Positions 14,273 through 28,733 of a stretch of DNA of 64,000 nucleotides are shown one piece after another (the stretch's first letter is position 1; each line of letters opens with the position of its first letter). A program made the translations under genes and the position numbers. The notes beneath the pieces are model-generated. The model did not search any database. It was not told where the DNA came from and saw only the letters and a list, made by a program, of their open reading frames with translations. The DNA lies in assembly GCA_951406725.2 (NCBI GenBank), contig OX597832.1:59396001-59460000 (forward strand), written 5' to 3'. This DNA comes from Octopus vulgaris. Taxonomy: Eukaryota.

Positions 14273-15120
14273 GTCGTCATTGTCATCATCGTCATCACCA
14301 CCGCCACCATCATCGTCATCGTCATTGTCACAATCATCATCGTTATCACCACCACCACCACCACCATCATCACCATCATCACCATCGTCATCGTCGTCGC
14401 CATTGTCGCCATCACCGTCGTCGTCGGCGTCATCGTCATCGTCATCGTCATCGTCATTGTCATCATCGTCATCACCAACGCCACCATCATCATCATCATC
14501 ATTACATTCGTTTGATTTTTCAGCTTTATGTGACCTTACCCTTCCACGGCCCCTCGTTTATTTGGCTTTATGTTTCCAACTTCACTAAGCCAATGTCGCT
14601 GTTATCCAACCCCGTCCCCAGGTACACACATATTTCTTTTCAGATATCACCCCCCTCACACACAAAGACTTACACGCACACACTTCTTCCTCGACATCAA
14701 CATTGTCTTTGCCACGAAAACAAACACCGCCCGCCACCATTTTCCCTAATATCACCAAACATTACTTTACCATCGACAATGCAACCCTTATTTACATTTC
14801 ATCTACAGGCAAAAAAAAGGAAACAAACATGATTCTCTTCTGTGACCCCTAATGCAATGAATGCGAACTCAAAACGAACCCGAGCTCATCATACTCAGAA
14901 AATCCAACCTAAATAATTTGATCTCTACTCCACAAACCAATTTTTTTTAAATATAATGTCGCCCTTCAGTGTTTCCTTCCCTCTCTCTTTCACTCTCACT
15001 CTCTCTCCATATACACACACTTCTGTGTGTGTGAGCGTGTGCGTCCGTGTGTATATATATATATATACATGCATACATACATACATACATATATATATAC
15101 ACACACACACACACACAAAC

Positions 15121-15193
<73 letters not shown>

Positions 15194-15472
15194 CATACCT
15201 ATTTCTTTATTATCCACAAGGGGCTAAACACAGAGAGAACAAACAAGGACAGACATAGGTATTAAGTCGATTACATCGACCCCAGTTCGTAACTGCTACT
15301 TAATTTATCGACCCCGAAAGGATGAAAGGCAAAGTCGACCTCGGCGGAATTTGAACTCACAACGTAACGCAGACGAAATACCCTAAGCATTTCGCCCGGC
15401 GTGCTAACGTTTCTGCCAGCTCGCCGCCTTATACATATACATACACATATATATTGATACACACACACGCAC

Positions 15473-15518
<46 letters not shown>

Positions 15519-17107
15519 GACGGGCTTCTTTCAGTTTCCGTCTACCAAATCCACTCACAAGGCTTTGGTCGGCCCGAGGTTATAGTAGGAGGCACTTGAC
15601 CAAGGTGCCACGCAGTGGGACGGAACCCGGAACCATGTAGTTGGTATGCAAGTTCCTCACCACACAGCCACTCCTGCGCCTATATACATTCATATATAAC
15701 GTAATACATCTAGGAATCTAGATAGAAAGATACATACATACATACATACATGCATGCACTCATACATACATACACACATACATACATAGACAAATAGATA
15801 GATAAATTGAGAGCGAGAGATACATACATACATGCATGCATGTATATATGCATACATATATACATGTGTACATACATATGTACATACACTCATGCATACA
15901 TGTACATGCGCACTCACGTATACACACACGAACACACACAGCAACATATAGTGTTGTACCGTCCCCTTTTTAAAAATATATTTCTGAAACATATCGTACT
16001 GCTGCCGTTGTTGCTGTTGCTGCGCTTTTCCTTCCCTTCCCCTTTACTATACAATGAAGTTGTTCGTGTTGTTGTTTTTCACCCCCACTCTACCCCGTAA
16101 ACCTGCCGCATCTACTTTGTTACCATCTCAAGTATCGTTCTGTTCCAAAGCTAGTCTCTTTGATGTACGATATAAAGCTAATCTGACAGAGACGAAACCG
16201 ACCAATCTGTGTTTACCTTGGCACTGTTAGCTCCTCTGGGCCTCCTGCTTTCCAACCAATGCTTATTTAAGAGAGAGGGAGATGCTGGAAAAAATAAACA
16301 TTTAGAAAATATTTCTCAGCTAATTTGAAGTATCCTATGTCGATCCGATCTTAATCTTGTTCTTCTAGAGATTAAAGTTTACTGGGGCGCTTCCAAGGGC
16401 CAGTACAACCTAATTCGAACCACCCCTGTCTCTTTTTTAGAACTTTCAGGCATTTGGATTAAAGGGAATTTATGCTGTATGCATGTTTGTATATGTGTGT
16501 ATATATGAATGTGTATGTATATTTGTACGTATGAGCGTATGCATGTACGTGCGCACGTCTGTACGTATATATGTATGTGTGTATGTATGTATGTATGTAT
16601 GTATGTATGTATGTATGTATGTGTGTATGTACATATGTATGCGTATGTATGGATGTAAGAATGTATGTGTCTGTTTATGTATGTATGTGTGTGTGTAAGT
16701 ATGTACATACTCACATATGTGTTTGTATCTTCGTATATTTCTTAGAATGGAAGTATATTTTTATGTCGATATACTAGTATATGTGTGTGTACCTTTGTCA
16801 GTCCGTCTATCTATCTGTCTGTATTTTGTTTGTCTGTCTGTCTGCATGTAATGTATGTATATATGTACGTATGCATGTATGTTTGTATCTAAGTATACAA
16901 CATTGAATGCATGTATACATTGGTTGTCGATATGTTAGTATATAAGACTGCCTTTGTCTGTTATTTCTCTGTATTTGTCTACATGCTAGTATGTATGTAT
17001 GTATGTAAGTATGAAAACATACATGTGTAAACGTGAATATCTCATGTCATGACCGAATTATGTATATATATAATTTTATAATTTTTTCTGCCTACACGAT
17101 TTTACAC

Positions 17108-17250
<143 letters not shown>

Positions 17251-17271
17251 GACATTTGTTGTTCTATTCAA

Positions 17272-17468
17272 CAGTTAGACTCGCCGTATTGCGGTTCACC
17301 TTTCGCGGTTTATTATTTAAGCTTATGTCGATTCCTCCGTGACGTTGTTTTGCATTTATGATCAAATAGATATATATATACGGTACAGTACTGTTTCTAA
17401 TTTGTGTATTTTCACTTATCGCGGGGAGTTTTTGAACGTGAAACCCGCGATAGTCAAGGGGTTACGGT
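17272..17468. mobile_element. Degenerate Tigger/pogo-type MITE
   Basis: The ends CAGTTAGACTCGCCGTATTGCGG and CCGCGATAGTCAAGGGGTTACGG-TA form an imperfect inverted pair. Confidence 0.45.
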
Positions 17469-17862
17469 ATATTTCGTTTTAGTCACTACATCACACATTA
17501 GTAGTTAATAGTATTATGATGACATTTATAATAATTTGCTTATGATGTTTCAAACTATATTTTAAAGGACATTTCAAGCGAAAACAGACATGTGATGCTG
17601 GTGTACATGCTCCCCATTGACTGACCGGAAGTAGGATGGTGGGCTTAATAGAGTAATTTAAGACTCAAGAGAAAATACGAGAACTGACGTGTGGCTGTGT
17701 ATGTACATATGTATGGTTTGTGTCTATGTATATATTGCATAATGTGTGTGAGGAGTAGTATCTGTGTGTGTGAGGAGTAGTAATTGTGTGTGTGAGGAGT
17801 AGTAATTGTGTGTGTGAGGAGTGGTATGTGTGTGTGTGAGGAATAGGTTCACGCTAGGTCTC

Positions 17863-17925
<63 letters not shown>

Positions 17926-18097
17926 TCATATGTCTATCTAGTTATCTCCCTCCCTCCCTGCCTCACTTTTAACCCAACCTGATATAGTATCTATCTATCT
18001 ATCTATCTATCTATGTTGGCCTGTCTGTATGTATGTATTTCTGTATGTATGTATGTGTTAGTGCCCAGAGAGATAGAGAGAGATAGTTATGTGTGTA

Positions 18098-18170
<73 letters not shown>

Positions 18171-18808
18171 CCGTGTGTATGTAATTTTCCAATACACCAC
18201 GCAGCGAAATAAAACTAGCATCGTATGACCTAGGAGAAGTTGTGAGCCGAACTTGTTAAGAAAATAGTTGACCAGATCGAGATTTGAAACCAAGAAAAGG
18301 CAAGGACGTGGCTTTCCCTGATTTAACATTGAAATTATTTATTCATGCACACATATTTATTCATTCGTCTTTACATTTATATTTATTTATTTACTTCTTT
18401 ATTCATATCCTTTTTTTGTGAGTCTTGGCCCCGTGCCGAAAACTTGAATGAATGTTTATCAGTTCGATGTGTGTTTGATGTAGAATACTTCAGCAATAGT
18501 TTTAATGATACGTGACCCACCACCCCGCTCCACCCTTCTCTTCATTCTCACATGCATTATAATACTTGGCTTGCTGACCATCTCTCTGCACGTCTCTCTG
18601 TCTGTTTGTCTGTCCATCTGTGTAATTCTAATGCTGTTGACCTGCTTAAAACGTTTTGCTGACGCGTCAGTTCGTTTCACTTTTATGATGGCTGATATTG
18701 TTTATTCTCTCGTTGGCATTGCTTCTGTTGATAACTCTTTCCAACTGAGGTGGGAATTGCCTTCACCCCAAGTACTTGATTTCATAACTAACTAACTATC
18801 TATCTATC

Positions 18809-18878
<70 letters not shown>

Positions 18879-18960
18879 AATCTATCTATCTTTCTCTCTA
18901 TCTCTCTCTATATATATATCATCTCTCTCTCCCTTTCTCTCTCTCCCTCTCTCTCTCTCC

Positions 18961-18994
<34 letters not shown>

Positions 18995-19102
18995 ATATAT
19001 ATATATAACATCTAACATAGGATATAATTTTTCAAAAAAATTCTATCAATAGCCAGCATATTAAAAATACCTTTAAAGGTTAAATTTATAAACATATATA
19101 TA

Positions 19103-19136
<34 letters not shown>

Positions 19137-20282
19137 TATCTATCTATCTATCTGTCTGCCTGTTTGTCTGTCCGTGCATTTATGTTTAATCTGTCTATCT
19201 GTTTATCTATCGATTTATCTATCTATTTATACCTACCTACCTATCTACCTAGCTACCTACCTTCCTACGTATTTCTCTATCTGAAGGCCGGGTGCTGGCA
19301 GAATGGTTAGCACGCCGGGAATTTTTTCCGGCTTTACGATCTGAGTTCAAATTCCGCCGAAATCGACTTTGTCTTTCATCATTTTCATGGTCGATAAAAT
19401 GAGTACCAGCTGAACACTGCGGTCGACGTAATCGACTTACCTCTTCCACTTAAATTCCAGGCCTTGAACTCAGAACGTAGCGGTAGACGAAATACGGTAA
19501 GCATTTCGCCCGGCGTTTCTGTCAGCTCGCCGCCCTATAAGGCACATGAAATAATACAATAAGCTTTGCTACATAAACCATTCAAACTACGCAGTAAATT
19601 GCAAAACCGAAATGCTCCAAACAATAGATTTTTCACCTTTTTATGAAGTACAAGCAAAACAATCTGTCTCAGTTGCTCTGGTTTGGAAAGTTGCATTGAA
19701 AGTGCCTAAGATTACCACAGCACAATTAAGCTTTATACACTCTGTAGGAGATTTGAATCTGTCACGTATGTCTGAAGCCTTGCCGGTCAACTGGTCAATT
19801 GCTGGTCTTAAGATTTATCTCAGAGAACACAAACGAAATGGAGGTTATCAACATGAGACAGTTGAATGAGACGTCTGCCATCTGTCAAAATGAAGCGACC
19901 ATCATACATACACACCTACACACACACGCATACAGACATGCATACACATATTGGGTGTACAGTTAACTGTACGACTAATATTATATGAGATAGAGTTCCA
20001 CGTAATCTTCCAAAATAGCGGTTGCTCGGCCTCTGTACATAGTCGTATTACTAGTTATAATATTCAGTGCATATACACGGGAAAACTGGGGAAAAACTTT
20101 ACATAAACACAAGTAGAGATTATTAAAAATCTGTAACAAGCTGCTGTAAATTGTTCCTCTAATGCTCCATTGTTATTAGGCATTTAAATGCACTTGGTAA
20201 TAGCCATTGCTGATTTTCAAATAGCTGCAAAAGTTAAACGTATGTAGGAACTAATAATTTGTAATTGATTTTAACTTAACAT

Positions 20283-20337
<55 letters not shown>

Positions 20338-20476
20338 TGTAGACTTTAGGTTAGTTAGAATATGTTTGTGACATACTTCAGCTGCTGAAAGCAAATACAC
20401 TGCAGTTACCGTGGAGAAAATATCTCTCTTATGGTAAAAAGCACCCAGTTTGCTCACTGGCACCTTCTATAAGGAA

Positions 20477-20521
20477 TCCCAGACAGCGATGTTTCAAGTT
20501 TATTGACTCTTGTCAATAAGA
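20477..20521 (-). ncRNA. Degenerate type I hammerhead motif
   Basis: Minus strand reads tctta TTGACAA gagt caataa actt GAAA C atcgct G TC tggga. The stems are present but the core has two substitutions. Confidence 0.4.
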
Positions 20522-20616
20522 TGCACCTCATGGAGGCAACTCTGAACAAACTTGGTACCTTGTGCAAGTATCTTCTCCTATTGCCTCGGGGTGACCAAAG
20601 CCTTGTGAGTGGATTT

Positions 20617-20654
<38 letters not shown>

Positions 20655-21200
20655 CGTGTGTATGTGTGTGTCTTTGTGTCTATGCGTGTCCCCCACCATC
20701 CCTTGACAACCGATTTGGGGCTGGTTGCGACCCCGTAACTTACCGGTTCGGCAAAAGAAACAGCAATAAGGGTAAGTCCTGGAGTTGATTTCTTCGACTA
20801 AAAATTCGTTTGAGACAGTTCTCCAGTATGGCTGCACTTAACTTACTGAAACAAGTAAAAGTATAAAAGAATATATAGACATGGTTGTGTGTGTATGTGT
20901 GTGTGTGTACAGATTAGCCGTCACTCGCAAGCGAATATGTTATCGAAGCTTGTACCATGCTTTCGATAAGTTATATTGTGCCTGTGTAGTCATTCGCAGA
21001 CATGGGTACCATGGCCAAAAGAACTACGTTAAGGATGCATGTATTTCTGGAGAACTCAGCCACTTTTCACGTTAAATTCACGGGCAAGCTATTCCGTTGT
21101 TCTGATCAATTGGAAATTATCATCGCCTTAACCGACGGAGTGCCAATTTGTAACATATTACATAAATACATAAAATACATACATACATTAATACACACCG

Positions 21201-21296
<96 letters not shown>

Positions 21297-21570
21297 ATGT
21301 ATAGATAACGTTATATATGATATTGTATAGATATATAAGCACATGCACACATATATATGTATCATAATATATATATATATGTGTGTGTCTGTTTGTATGT
21401 GTGCGTGTGTGTATATGTATATATATATGTATATATATATATACACATATATGCACATTTAAATATATATACATATATATTGTATTTATCATATATATAT
21501 ATATATCATAATATACTATTACATATACCATTATATACACACATGTACCTATATCTAACCGTGTATGTGC

Positions 21571-21606
<36 letters not shown>

Positions 21607-22045
21607 GTTTATATATATATATTAGGAGCAAAACACAGGGGCCAACATTGATGTATTGCACTCTGTCTCTCGTTGAAAGATAATCGATTGAAGAATATGT
21701 GAACGCCGAGGAAGGAAACGGCAGAGGTTCCAAGGTTTTATACTCATCGATTCTTCGATCTCGAAATATTCCAAACACAAATTAAGATGTATTTGTATTC
21801 CATCGAATTCAGCATTCATTGGAGTTTGCTTGAACGTCGTCGTTTAGCTTACGTCTATTGTCACCTATCCAATAGCAAATACGTAACGTGATGGCATATA
21901 CTCAAGGTTCAATACCCAGGATCACTGGCAATCAATAGGCTGCGGGATTTTCCTTCCATAAGTATAACAACACGATTGGATGAAAATCTATACTTTTATA
22001 TGTATAAGGTAGAAAACGATTTTCATATACATATGTGTCTGTGTA

Positions 22046-22127
<82 letters not shown>

Positions 22128-22207
22128 TATACATATATATATATACATACATATGCGTATATATGTACGTACATATGTATATATACATATGTATAGATGC
22201 ATATATA

Positions 22208-22560
22208 TACTCTTTTACTCTTTTACTTGTTTCAGTCATTTGACTGCGGCCATGCTGGAGCACCACCTTTTAGTACTTATTCTATCGGTCTCTTTTTGCC
22301 GAACCGCTAAGTGACGGGGACATAAACACACCAGCATCGGTTGTCAAGCAATGCTAGGGGGACAAACACAGACACACAAACACACATATACATATATACG
22401 ACAGGCTTCTTTCAGTTTCCGTCTACCAAATCCACTCACAAGGCATTGGTCGGCCCGGGGCTATAGCAGAAGACACTTGCCCAAGATGCCACGCAGTGGG
22501 ACTGAACCCGCAACCGTGTGGTTGGTTAGCAAGCTACTTACCACACAGCCACTCCTGCGC

Positions 22561-22562
<2 letters not shown>
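22208..22562 (-). mobile_element. SINE family A, internally deleted subfamily
   Basis: Full head and (TACTCTTT)n tail. Lacks ~50 bp between CACCTTT and AGTACTTATTC, like the copy at 61453. Confidence 0.88.
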
Positions 22563-22596
<34 letters not shown>

Positions 22597-22622
22597 ATAT
22601 ATGTATATGTATATATATATAC

Positions 22623-22739
<117 letters not shown>

Positions 22740-23340
22740 AGGGGTAAAAATTGATATTAATTAGATTAATATCAATTTAAACCAATGTCCTAGCATGTTG
22801 AAACATATCTGAAGATTCAGAAAATTATATTACATACATATAAGACGAATGGTCAGACCATATGGGGTCTTAGAGATAGTTATGCAGTAGCAGCACGATA
22901 GAATGATGAATATTTTTTCCTTTACTCACTCTCGTTTAAATCTTTAGAAATCCTCACAGAAAACCAGAAAACTTCATTGTTTTCAAGTCCTTTCAGGTAT
23001 TTTTTGTTGAAGATGTTCAATTTTGGGCGGAAAACTCACCATTTTGCTGAGTGAGTCTCTATTATCTCCAATTTTGCTTTGGTGCATCCATGTAGAGAAT
23101 GAAATCAAAGGTGAGTAAAAAGGTTGCGGTTGCTCTTACTCCTATTATTGTTGCTGTTGTTTAACTTAAGGCGGGCAAACAGAACAAGTTTATAATCAAA
23201 TATATTCCAAGCAACATAATCCCAGTTATTTTTCCAAGGGATTGCATAACTAAAATTCTATTAGAAAATTACTATTTTTAAATCTCACAACGTGAGATAT
23301 TCAGCAACAGTACTTTATAGTAAAGATTGTTTTCCAATAT

Positions 23341-23551
23341 AATATGGCAATCCTGGTTTACGACTAATGTTGCAGTAATTCAGTTCAAGTAGACATCGTC
23401 TCCAGCTGACTATACGACACGATCTGTTTCCTTATATATATTTTTTTTTTCGAACATATAAAGACACAGATCGTGTCGTATAGCCAGCTGTAGACGATGT
23501 CTCTTGGGCTAAATTACAGCAAAATTAGTCCTAAACCAGGACTGCCATGTT
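23341..23551. repeat. Imperfect inverted repeat (~92-bp arms)
   Basis: AATATGGCAATCCTGGTTTA..GACACGATCTGT versus ACAGATCGTGTC..TAAACCAGGACTGCCATGTT. The arms resemble ~34183-34285. Confidence 0.85.
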
Positions 23552-23736
23552 ACGTTGGCAAACAATCTTTATTATAAAATTCTATTATACTATGTACCGT
23601 TGTCGTTTGAAGATACTGGGATGTGAACGTGATTTGGTTGCTATATCTAGCACGCCAAACGGTTATATACTGACATCTCTGCAGCGTTCTAGCGTTGCTA
23701 CAAATCAGAAACTATGTAAGATATACCACACGTCTC

Positions 23737-23787
<51 letters not shown>

Positions 23788-24983
23788 CTCTCTCTCTCTC
23801 TCACTCACTTTACCTCTCTCGAGCTTCTTCCCACATAATTTCCCCGCTTCGTTCATTTTCTTATCTTCCAATTTGCCGCATTGTAATAAAATCCTACATT
23901 CTATAACTCTATCTGTCTCTTTCTGAAAAGGGACAAAAATCCGAACCGTCATGTTTATTTCTCCATTCTCATAACATAAAGCTTATTCCATTGTTTGAAA
24001 TATTATCTATATTAAATTACACCAATGCAGAATCTGACCAGTTTCCTCGCCTTCCACATCTTTTATTAAACTATCGCCACTACATAGATATTGTGACTAT
24101 TTTATTTAACCTTAAATGTTTGGTCAGCTGATAATAATGCGGTAATATCAGGAAAGTTATCGCCACGATATCGTAATAACTCACGGACAGCGCTTCAAAT
24201 GCTGCTTAGAGGCGTTCTATATTTTATTGGTTCTTCTTGGCGATAAATCGATTTCTTTAACTGCTACGGTTATTTAATCACTAACAAAGCAAGGAAACTG
24301 CAAATTGGTCGGGGACGGAATCTCTACCAGACACACACATACACACAGATTACATATATGAAGAAAAGTCAGAGACGGAGGACACCATTGTTCTTGTAAT
24401 ACTTGTTGCTGCTGTCGTTGTTGTTGCCGTCAGTGGTGGTGGTGTTAGTGTTGGTGGTGGTGGTGGTGGTGTTGGTAGTGTTGTTGGTAGTGGTGTTACT
24501 GGTGGTGGTGGTCAGGGGGATTGTAGTGATGGTGGCAGTGGTGCTGGTGGTAGTTGTATTGCTGGTGGTGGTGGAGGTGGTGGTGGTGGTGGTGATAGCA
24601 GTTGTGGTGATGGTGATGGCAGTTCTGGTTGTGGTGAGGGTAGTTGTAGTGGTGGTGGTGGTGGTGGTGGTGGTGGTGGTGGTGGTGGTGGTGGTAGCAG
24701 TGGTGGCGGTAGCAGCGGTAGTGGTGGCAGTTGTGTTGTTGTTGTTGGTGGTGGTCGTCGTCATGCTGGTGCTGGTGCTGGTGGTGTCGTTTTTATTACC
24801 GTGATAGTGGTTTACGTCGTAGTATATATTTTCATAATCATTTCATTTCGCAAAAGCAAAGAAAGAAAAAAAAAAATAAAGCATTAAACAAAAGCAATAA
24901 CAAAAGTAGCAAAAAAAAACGCCAAAAAATTAAGACAACAATAAAGCTATCATCACCACAATCGTCATCATTATCATCATCAG

Positions 24984-25023
<40 letters not shown>

Positions 25024-25211
25024 TACAACAACTTCTATGATACAAAATAACTGCATAAATATAAAAATTATCACTTGAAAGTATAATTATAATGGCATTA
25101 ATGCAATTTTCCTTTTTTCTCCATAAGTTGTATTTTATATTCTTTTACCTATGATAATCATCATCATCATAATCATCATCATCATCACCATCATTATTAT
25201 TATTATTATTA

Positions 25212-25325
<114 letters not shown>

Positions 25326-25338
25326 CGTTATTATTATA

Positions 25339-25406
<68 letters not shown>

Positions 25407-26086
25407 TATTGTTGTTGTTGTTATTATTCAGAAACACTATTAAAATATATTTAGTCTGTGAGAACATCAATGACAGCTTACGGAAATGAAATATAGTAAA
25501 AATGGAGGTGGTGGTGGTGGTGGTGGTGGCGGCGGTGGTGGTGCTGGGGAAAGACGAGGAAATCGGCAAACGGTGGGTTGGTTGAAGTGTAAACTGCAAG
25601 ATTAGATACATAAACACCGTTTTATAGCCATGTAAATTACGACAGACACTGCGCTGTAATATCAGGGAGTTCATTGAGGTCCTTTCATGGAAGATAATTT
25701 CGTTTTTTTGTCTACGTTTCAGAAATGAGTTATTACGGCAAAAATCATAAGGAAAAAAAAAACAAAAAACAAAGACAAAAATAAAAGGTATTTGCATACA
25801 CTTAATTACATACTATATGCTTTCGTGTTTGAAATACTGCGATTCGATTGGTTCGAAATCTAATGGTTTTCGTATGCTCTATTTCCTTGCTCTTCTGCGT
25901 TTATACGCTTAGGTCTTCTGTAGATCTGGTTTGAACTCAAAAGCTTTATTTTAACACACTGCATTAGTGTATTGTGCCAATATACGTCCGTTTATCTATC
26001 TATATAACAACATGTATATATATATATATATATACGGTAGCCACTGTACACATTTTTTCTTCTCTCCTTGCCTTCTTCCTGTGTCC

Positions 26087-26122
26087 CTTTCTGTAGAAGA
26101 GCGTAGGCTCGAAACGTAATAT
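26087..26122 (+). ncRNA. Minimal hammerhead-like motif (family H1, CUGUAGA variant)
   Basis: cttt CTGTAGA a GAGC gtag GCTC GAAA CG TA, followed by TTCCTGAGCG as in other H1 copies. Confidence 0.5.
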
Positions 26123-26208
26123 ACTTTTTTTTCAATTCCTGAGCGTTATACTAATAGATCTGTTTGTTTTGTACACCACCTGTCTTCGTCTTTTGTTGCT
26201 TTTTCGTG

Positions 26209-26291
<83 letters not shown>

Positions 26292-26293
<2 letters not shown>

Positions 26294-26775
26294 GGAGTTG
26301 GACAAAATAATGGAAGCACCTTAAAATTTCAAACAAATTTATTTTAATATGGGGGGTAGGACCACCTTTGGCAGTAATTACAGCTTGAATTCTATGAGTT
26401 ATGGATTTGCTCAAATTTTGAATCGTTTCCAAAGGAATTTTTGTCCAGTTCTTGGAGTAATGATGGTGGAGGATATCGACTCCTTATTTGTTTTTCTAAA
26501 ATGCATCATAAATGATTAATTATATTGAGATCTGGGGATTGTGGTGGCCAGATAAGATGTTCAACTTCACTGGAATGTTTCTCGTGCCATTAAGGAATAA
26601 CTTTAGCTGTGTGAATTGGTGCATCATCTTCCTAAAAGATTGCGTTTCACTCCGGAAACAGTTCCTCAACCATAGGATGAATTTGGTCAGGTAAAATGCT
26701 TAAATAGTCTTGTCTACTAATTCTGTCATGAAGTGAAACTATTGGACAAGCGGATTTTCAAGATATAGCCCCCAC
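26292..26775 (-). pseudogene. Tc1-like transposase pseudogene (3' half plus right terminus), DD36E-like spacing
   Basis: Minus-strand translation F*EDDAPIHTAKVIP*WHEKHSSEVEHLIWPPQSPDLNIINHL*..RIQAVITAKGGPTP with stops. Terminus is TA|CAGGAGTTGGACAAAATAATGGAA. Interrupted by a family A SINE at ~26778. Confidence 0.85.
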
Positions 26776-26907
26776 CGCTAACTTACGGTGACGTGAACAC
26801 ACCAATATCGGTTGTCAAGCGAAGTTGGGGGACAAATACAGACACAGAAACACACACGCGCGCGCATACGCACACACACACACACACGCACACACGCACG
26901 CGCGCGC

Positions 26908-26952
<45 letters not shown>

Positions 26953-27090
26953 TATATATATACATATACATATACACGACGGGCTTCTTTCAGTTTCCGT
27001 CTACCAAATCCACTCACAAGGCTTTGGTCGGTCCGAGGTTATAGTAGGAGACACTTGCCCAAGGTGCCACGCAATGGGACTGAACCCGGA

Positions 27091-27278
27091 GTTCCCGTTC
27101 GTCGGACAGTTTTGTTAGAATCTAATGCTAACAAAACTGTCCGACGAATGGGAACGTGAAACTCTGAGTAGCAGTTTTTGTGATATTTCTGCTGCTTTTT
27201 AATAAAGCATATTAGTCAATCTCTTGTACTGAGTACTCTTTTTTCCTGCTTGTTTCGCATTTATGTGCTTACACCGGT

Positions 27279-27280
<2 letters not shown>
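27091..27280 (+). mobile_element. Short PLE-like element with hammerhead (27133-27178) and 5' inverted segment
   Basis: aaaactgt CCGACGA at gggaac gt GAAA CTC t GAG TA gcagtttt. Bases 27091-27118 are an inverted copy of 27128-27155. Homologous to 49303-49477. Confidence 0.7.
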
Positions 27281-27317
<37 letters not shown>

Positions 27318-27550
27318 GAGACGCATGAACAAAGAGAGCAAAGGGAAGGTGACCTAGCCGTGTTGTTAAGTTTGCTTCGGCAACAAACGATACGGCTTTC
27401 ACTCCCAATGCACTGTACTTTGGTCAGGTTCTGTTGATCCCATAGTCACGACCCGACTAGTTATTTATGAATGAATTTGCCAGACAGAAACTGTGCAACC
27501 CCATCATGTGTGTGTGTGCATTTGTGTATGTATGTATGTATATATGTATA

Positions 27551-27617
<67 letters not shown>

Positions 27618-28733
27618 TCAGGGGATGAGCTAAGTCAGTTGCACGAACTATAGTGTTCAGATAGCATTTATTTGATCGACTCCGAAAGGAAGAAAAACAA
27701 AGTCGACCCTGGCGGGATTTGAACGCAGAACGTAGAGACGGACGAAATGCTGCTAAGCATTTTTGCCGGGTTATTAACGATTCTGCCAGCTCGCAGTTTC
27801 CGTTTGAAACGTAAGACTAATTTTAACTTTTGGCAAAAGGCCAGCAATTTCGTGGGGCGGGGGAGCAAGTCATTTACATCAACTGGTACTTATTTTATCG
27901 ACCCGAAACGGAAAGTCGACCTCGGCGGAAATGGAACTCAGATCGTAGAGCTGCGGACGAAATTCTGCTAAACATTTCTGTCCGTCGTACCAACGACCCT
28001 GCCACCTTACCACCTTCATTCGAAACGTAATATTAATACACAGAAGCACGAAGGAAAATGGTGACATTCTGAAGAATCTGAACAATGTAAAACATTTGAA
28101 TGTTAAAGAGAGAAAGTTAACTTCGAATGTTTGAAGTATTGGATCACGATATTACATCTTCGGTAGCTTCCTTTTGGCGAACGATGTAGCGAAGAAGATA
28201 TGCCGCTCGCTAGCTGAATCGATTACTTGGTTTCGATACTTATGTGTATCTATTCCACTTTACATGTGTCACGAATGATGTATAGATTTTTATAAGAATG
28301 TCTCTTTTCTCTTTAAATATTTCCCTATGTCGAGTACAACAATGTCTTTGATGCGTGTGCAATAGATGACTTCGAAACGGACATATTTTATAGTAAGATG
28401 GCGTTCACATCACTATGCTATTGGCACCCTAAGCTATACTACAAAGACATATTGAACAGCGACATCAATTCTTCTTCAGAATTGGAATCAAATGCAAAAG
28501 AAAAATAGAAATAATACAAAAAAAAAAAAAGAAAAAAGGGAGAAGACGGAAAAGAAAATGATTGATGAGTTAGCTACGGCTGCAGGGATCTAATCTTTGA
28601 AGATCAAGAATTTAACATCGGAAGATTAAGATGTACCAAAAGTCTGCGAGGCCTAACTATCATGCCTCTTGGCTTAACATGACCACCTGCTTTTTCAATA
28701 TAGATTGCACTCGGTTGCAAATAGACAAATTAG

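Noticed and set aside
7690-14600. Long ORFs of poly-D/M/I/H/T/V/S/N (up to 394 aa)
   Set aside because: They are translations of trinucleotide microsatellites, open in several frames on both strands, with no domain content.
19612-19869. 85-aa ORF in unique-looking sequence
   Set aside because: It has no recognisable motif and its length is compatible with chance.
24000-24330. Promoter-like unique region with reverse CCAAT boxes
   Set aside because: Such short motifs are expected by chance, and there is no linked gene.
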